Shown here: positions 59,956-64,000 of the stretch, one piece after another | Layout: each line of letters starts with the position of its first letter | How positions within the stretch are numbered: position 1 is the first letter of the stretch | Assembly (NCBI GenBank): GCA_903944895.1 | Contig: CAJATL010000052.1 | Coordinates: forward strand, 973-64,972 | Direction of reading: 5' to 3' | DNA length: 64,000 bases | Source of the DNA: an uncultured Bacteroidota bacterium | Lineage (GTDB): Bacteria > Bacteroidota > Bacteroidia > Bacteroidales > 4484-276 | Position numbers and translations under genes: made by a program | Notes under the pieces: generated by a model | Told to the model about the DNA's origin: nothing | Seen by the model: the letters and a program-made list of their open reading frames with translations, nothing else | Database searches by the model: none

Positions 59956-62844
59956 TCACCTGATAATAAACTTTTTGGACAACTTTTGATTCCCGCCGTA
60001 AATCATCAAACTATAAATTCCCTGAGGCAATTCGGGAAGTGATATTTTAAGATTGTTGTTGCCGGCCATCATGTTTTCGGTTCGTGAACAGACTTCCTGA
60101 CCCAGATAATTGATTACCGACATAGTCAATTCAATGTTGGAGGTCACACCAACATTTAATTCAAAGCTTCCATTGTTGGGGTTTGGAAAAATTTCTCCTG
60201 ACGAAAACAAAGTCTCGGGTGTTGAAATATTCAAAGGTCCGGCAGACATTTCGAACCCAGCACAATAGTTGTCGGTCAAACCTTGCCCGGCTACGGTAAG
60301 GCATACCTCGTACCAGCCAGGTACAGTGTATTCGTGAGTTGGGTTCTGGTAAGTCGAAATCGTACCATCACCAAAATTCCACATCCAAAAAACCGGATTA
60401 CCTGTTGAAGTATCATAAAAATGATAGGCCATTCCATTTAAACTGTCGGGTTGCATGACAAAGCCAGCCTGCATCAAACCATTTCCATTCCCGGCATTGA
60501 CACCTTTGCAGCTCGTAAAAAAACAACTGTCGCCGGTATCCGGATAAAAGGTAGTAAGGCAAACCGCGTATGAACCCGGCGCTGCAAATGTATGTGTAAC
60601 CGATTGCCCCATTCCTGAAGCGCCATCACCAAAATCCCAGAAAAAATCAGCCAGGCTCGAATTGGGTAAAAATCCTTCAAAGGCAAAGGTGAGATCGGCT
60701 TGTGCAATCATCGTAAAATCGTTGAAACATTCAGGCGGAATTGTGCCACCAATAGTAACTCCACCGCAAAACTGGCTGTAGCAGCCGCTTTCGGGCGAAG
60801 AAACGGTTAGGCAAACCTGATACGTGATTTCCTGAGAAAAAGTGTGAACGGGATTTTGTTCGTTGGATGAATTTCCATCGCCAAAATCCCAAAACCAACT
60901 TACCTGGCCATTGTAAACCGACATATCATAAAACGCGATGGTGAGCGGTAATTCGAAGTCTGGAATCCAGTAATAACCGGCCTCACATGCAATATTCCCG
61001 CCAACCGGCACATCATAACAACGGCTATCGGTACAAATCAATTCATCATCTGTTATGGTGAGGCAAACCAGGTAAATCCCGGTATCGCCGAACTGATGTT
61101 CGGGATTTTGTTCTTCGGAAGTGGTGCCATCGCCAAAATCCCAAAAAAAGGCCGCATTTGACGGGTATGAAATATTCTGAAACTGAACTGCCGAAGTACC
61201 GGTCTGATACCAGTAAAAGTCGGCAAAACAGCTGTATGGAAAGTTTTCCACTTCTACAAGACCGGTGTGCTGGTCGATGCAAGTCGAATCAGCATTATTG
61301 ATGGTGAGTGTAACTTCGTAGGTTCCTGGTGCGGGGTAAACGTGCACCGGATTTTGCTCAACAGAAGAATTTCCATCGCCAAAATCCCAACTCCAGGCTC
61401 CGGGCGTAAACATCGACAAATCAAAAAATCCGACAGCATTTGGCTCAATGTAGGATTGGTTCCAAAAATACAGGGCATGGCAATCGAAGTTCAGGTTTTC
61501 GACCAAAACTTCAGAGGTTGTGGTTGTTGTGCATCCGGTTTCGGCAACATAAACGGTCAGCGAAACGGAGTAAGTCCCCGGCTCAAGATATTGATGAACA
61601 GGGTTTGGGTCAGATGAGGTCTGGAAGTCCCCAAAATTCCATGCCCAGGACGAGGGATTTGGCCAGGAATAATCCTGAAACAGGATGGACAAATCGTCCG
61701 TTTGCCACCAGTAAAAATCAGCAGTGCAATTCAGGTAAAGCGCGGTATCAACCAAAACTTCATCGTAGCGAATATCCTGGCAGCCAAAAGCTGGATTGCC
61801 AATGATGAGGTATACCTGAAAAGTCCCGGAACCCTCAAAAACATGCGCCGGATTTTGCTCAGATGAAGTGGTTCCATCCCCAAAATCCCAGGTGGAAATT
61901 ACATTTGGCGGGTAGGAAATATTCTGAAACTGCATGGTCGAAATGCCGGTTTGATAATACCAAAAGTCGGCGTTACATCCGTTCAGGAAATTATCGACAA
62001 AAATTACTTCGGTGTAAAAATCATAACAGGTCGAATCGTCGCTGTAAATAGTGAGTTTAACTTCGTGAGCACCTGGTTCGCTAAAAGTGTGAACCGGATT
62101 CTGTTCTGAAGAAGACTGGCCATCACCAAAATCCCAGTTCCAGGTTCCCGGAATAAACCAGGAGTAATCATAAAATTCGACCATTAAAGGATTTTCCAAA
62201 GTTTGATTCCAGAAAAAATCTGCCTGGCAACCGAAGTTGTAACTCTCAACAAAAACCGACCAGTTTGTTGTAGATGCACAGCCGGTTTCCTGTTCATAAA
62301 TCGTAAGCGAAACATTATAAAATCCGGTTTCCGGATATTGATGAGCCGGGTTTTGTTCAGTCGAAGATTGTCCGTCGCCAAAATTCCATAACCAGGTTGT
62401 TGGGGCAGGCCATGAATAATCTTCAAACTGCACCATTAAATTGGTGTTTTGCCACCAGCCAAAATCCGAATAACAATCGTAAGGCACAATGTTCACGGTA
62501 CAAATCTGGAAATCGGCAATGAGGTTAAAATTTCCATTTCCAAAAGGAAGTTGCTGAGATTGTAAAAGTCCGGAACAGTCGATGATAAAAACATTTACAA
62601 CACCAGCCGGCGCATTGCCCGATATTTCGAAAACATCGTTGTAAATTCCGTCAATGCCTGTATTCACAATATTAAAATAATCCGGGTTGTTGGGAATATT
62701 GTCGGCGTTAATAAAAATCATTTGTCCGGCCATCGGCAAACCGGTGTTCAGGTCTGTCACCGTCCCGCCTACTGTGATGGTTTGACTGGCTGCCGCAAAC
62801 AACGAAACACAAATTAACACGAAGGAAGAAATTACATTTTTCAT
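59956..62844 (-). CDS. PKD-repeat (about 9) T9SS cargo protein
   Basis: Repeated W.WDFGDG..S.EQNP.H units; CTD IFPNPNNG...GIYSL...KKFIIR. Confidence 0.92.
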   Translation of the reverse strand: MKNVISSFVLICVSLFAAASQTITVGGTVTDLNTGLPMAGQMIFINADNIPNNPDYFNIVNTGIDGIYNDVFEISGNAPAGVVNVFIIDCSGLLQSQQLPFGNGNFNLIADFQICTVNIVPYDCYSDFGWWQNTNLMVQFEDYSWPAPTTWLWNFGDGQSSTEQNPAHQYPETGFYNVSLTIYEQETGCASTTNWSVFVESYNFGCQADFFWNQTLENPLMVEFYDYSWFIPGTWNWDFGDGQSSSEQNPVHTFSEPGAHEVKLTIYSDDSTCYDFYTEVIFVDNFLNGCNADFWYYQTGISTMQFQNISYPPNVISTWDFGDGTTSSEQNPAHVFEGSGTFQVYLIIGNPAFGCQDIRYDEVLVDTALYLNCTADFYWWQTDDLSILFQDYSWPNPSSWAWNFGDFQTSSDPNPVHQYLEPGTYSVSLTVYVAETGCTTTTTSEVLVENLNFDCHALYFWNQSYIEPNAVGFFDLSMFTPGAWSWDFGDGNSSVEQNPVHVYPAPGTYEVTLTINNADSTCIDQHTGLVEVENFPYSCFADFYWYQTGTSAVQFQNISYPSNAAFFWDFGDGTTSEEQNPEHQFGDTGIYLVCLTITDDELICTDSRCYDVPVGGNIACEAGYYWIPDFELPLTIAFYDMSVYNGQVSWFWDFGDGNSSNEQNPVHTFSQEITYQVCLTVSSPESGCYSQFCGGVTIGGTIPPECFNDFTMIAQADLTFAFEGFLPNSSLADFFWDFGDGASGMGQSVTHTFAAPGSYAVCLTTFYPDTGDSCFFTSCKGVNAGNGNGLMQAGFVMQPDSLNGMAYHFYDTSTGNPVFWMWNFGDGTISTYQNPTHEYTVPGWYEVCLTVAGQGLTDNYCAGFEMSAGPLNISTPETLFSSGEIFPNPNNGSFELNVGVTSNIELTMSVINYLGQEVCSRTENMMAGNNNLKISLPELPQGIYSLMIYGGNQKLSKKFIIR

Positions 62845-63049
62845 AATTCAGAATTTAACAAGTCATCGCTTTACAATAATTTGCGTAGTCGACAGCAGAA
62901 CCATAATGTTTACAAATTTAAGCCAAAAAGTGTGCATCCGGTTAACGGATTGCAGAAAAGGTTAAATCTTACGCTGGTTTTGGAAAATAAAAAACCGCCT
63001 TCAATTCCTTGAAGACGGTTAATTCATTAAAGAAACGTGGAGGGGGAAA

Positions 63050-64000
63050 TTATCTGATGATAAACTTTTTAGTCAGTTTTTGATTTTGGCTGGTAATCAT
63101 AAAACTATATATGCCCTGAGGTATTTCAGGAAATGAAATATTAAGATTGTTGTTACCGGCGGTCATGTTTTCGCTTCGTGAATAAACTTCCTGACCCAAA
63201 TAATTAATTACCGAAATAGTCAACGCGCTATTTTCAGTCAGGCTGATTTTCAAATCAAAATTCCCATCGTTTGGATTTGGATAAATTTCACCAATCGAAA
63301 GCTGTTTCCCTGGTTCGGCGATATTTAATGCGCCGGCATTCATTTCAAAACCAATACAATAAGTGTCTGTAATACCATTGCCGATAATCGTAAGGCAAAC
63401 TTCATACCAGCCAGTTGCTGCATATTCATGGATTGGGTTTTGTTCGGTAGAGGTTGAGCCATCTCCAAAATCCCACATCCAAAATATCGGATTGCCGGTT
63501 GAGGTATCATAAAAATGATAAACCATGACATTCATACTGTCGGGCTGCATGACAAAACCAGCCTGCATCGAACCACTCCCGTTACCGGCATAAACGCCTT
63601 TGCAACTTGTGAAGAAGCAACTATCGGATGGGTTAAACGACATTGTCGTCAGACAAACAGCGTAAGAACCAGGCTCTGAATAAGTGTGTGTTACTGATTG
63701 TCCCTGACCTGCAGCGCCATCACCAAAATCCCAGAAAAATTCGGAAGGCATTGTGGAAGGAATAAATCCTTCGAAGCTAAAGGTCAGATTTCCCAGGTCA
63801 AATACCTCGAAATCGTTCATGCAGTCCGGAGGTACAACCCCTCCGGGATAAACAGCACTGCAGAATTGGCTGTAACATGAGCTGTCAGGACTTGAAATCA
63901 TGAGGCAAACCTGGTAAACATCTTCCGTAGCAAAGGTATGAACCGGGTTTTGTTCGTAGGAAGTATTTCCGTCGCCAAAATCCCAGAACCAGCTTACCGG
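63050..64000 (-). CDS. Paralogous PKD-repeat T9SS protein (5' part outside the window)
   Basis: Frame stays open to the window edge (PVSWFWDFGDGNTSYEQNPVH...); C-terminal ~300 aa closely parallel 59956-62844. Confidence 0.9.
   Translation of the reverse strand, partial: PVSWFWDFGDGNTSYEQNPVHTFATEDVYQVCLMISSPDSSCYSQFCSAVYPGGVVPPDCMNDFEVFDLGNLTFSFEGFIPSTMPSEFFWDFGDGAAGQGQSVTHTYSEPGSYAVCLTTMSFNPSDSCFFTSCKGVYAGNGSGSMQAGFVMQPDSMNVMVYHFYDTSTGNPIFWMWDFGDGSTSTEQNPIHEYAATGWYEVCLTIIGNGITDTYCIGFEMNAGALNIAEPGKQLSIGEIYPNPNDGNFDLKISLTENSALTISVINYLGQEVYSRSENMTAGNNNLNISFPEIPQGIYSFMITSQNQKLTKKFIIR

Overview
AT-rich (my estimate ~40-45% GC) chromosomal window from a Bacteroidota (probably Bacteroidales-like) bacterium, judged from TAnnTTTG promoters, TonB-dependent receptors, ECF/FecR and many T9SS cargo genes. 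Left to right: (i) an accessory block in which three decayed copies of the gcvP 3' end bracket two gene cassettes (TBDR + LytS/LytTR pair; LruC-like protein + lipoprotein); (ii) housekeeping and stress genes (fused 2-oxoacid dehydrogenase E1, PadR-PspC, PQQ-type propeller, GNAT, Tat-type Fe/Mn SOD); (iii) a TPR sensor kinase/NarL pair followed by a ~22-kb cluster of T9SS-secreted proteins, two of which are each followed by a tiny Pro/Gly-rich protein that is little more than a signal peptide plus a PID-CTERM-like sorting tail; (iv) a SAM-I riboswitch, a Met-rich leader ORF and a methionine biosynthesis operon; (v) tRNA-Thr(CGT) and two toxin-antitoxin modules, one with a nonsense-broken toxin; (vi) lipoprotein-ECF-FecR-TBDR, DsrE, lytic transglycosylase, rfbC, cstA and tandem PKD-repeat T9SS paralogs. 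Intergenic DNA holds nested MITE/REP-like elements. No CRISPR array, rRNA, integrase or transposase was seen. All calls come from reading the sequence and motifs by eye; no database searches were run.
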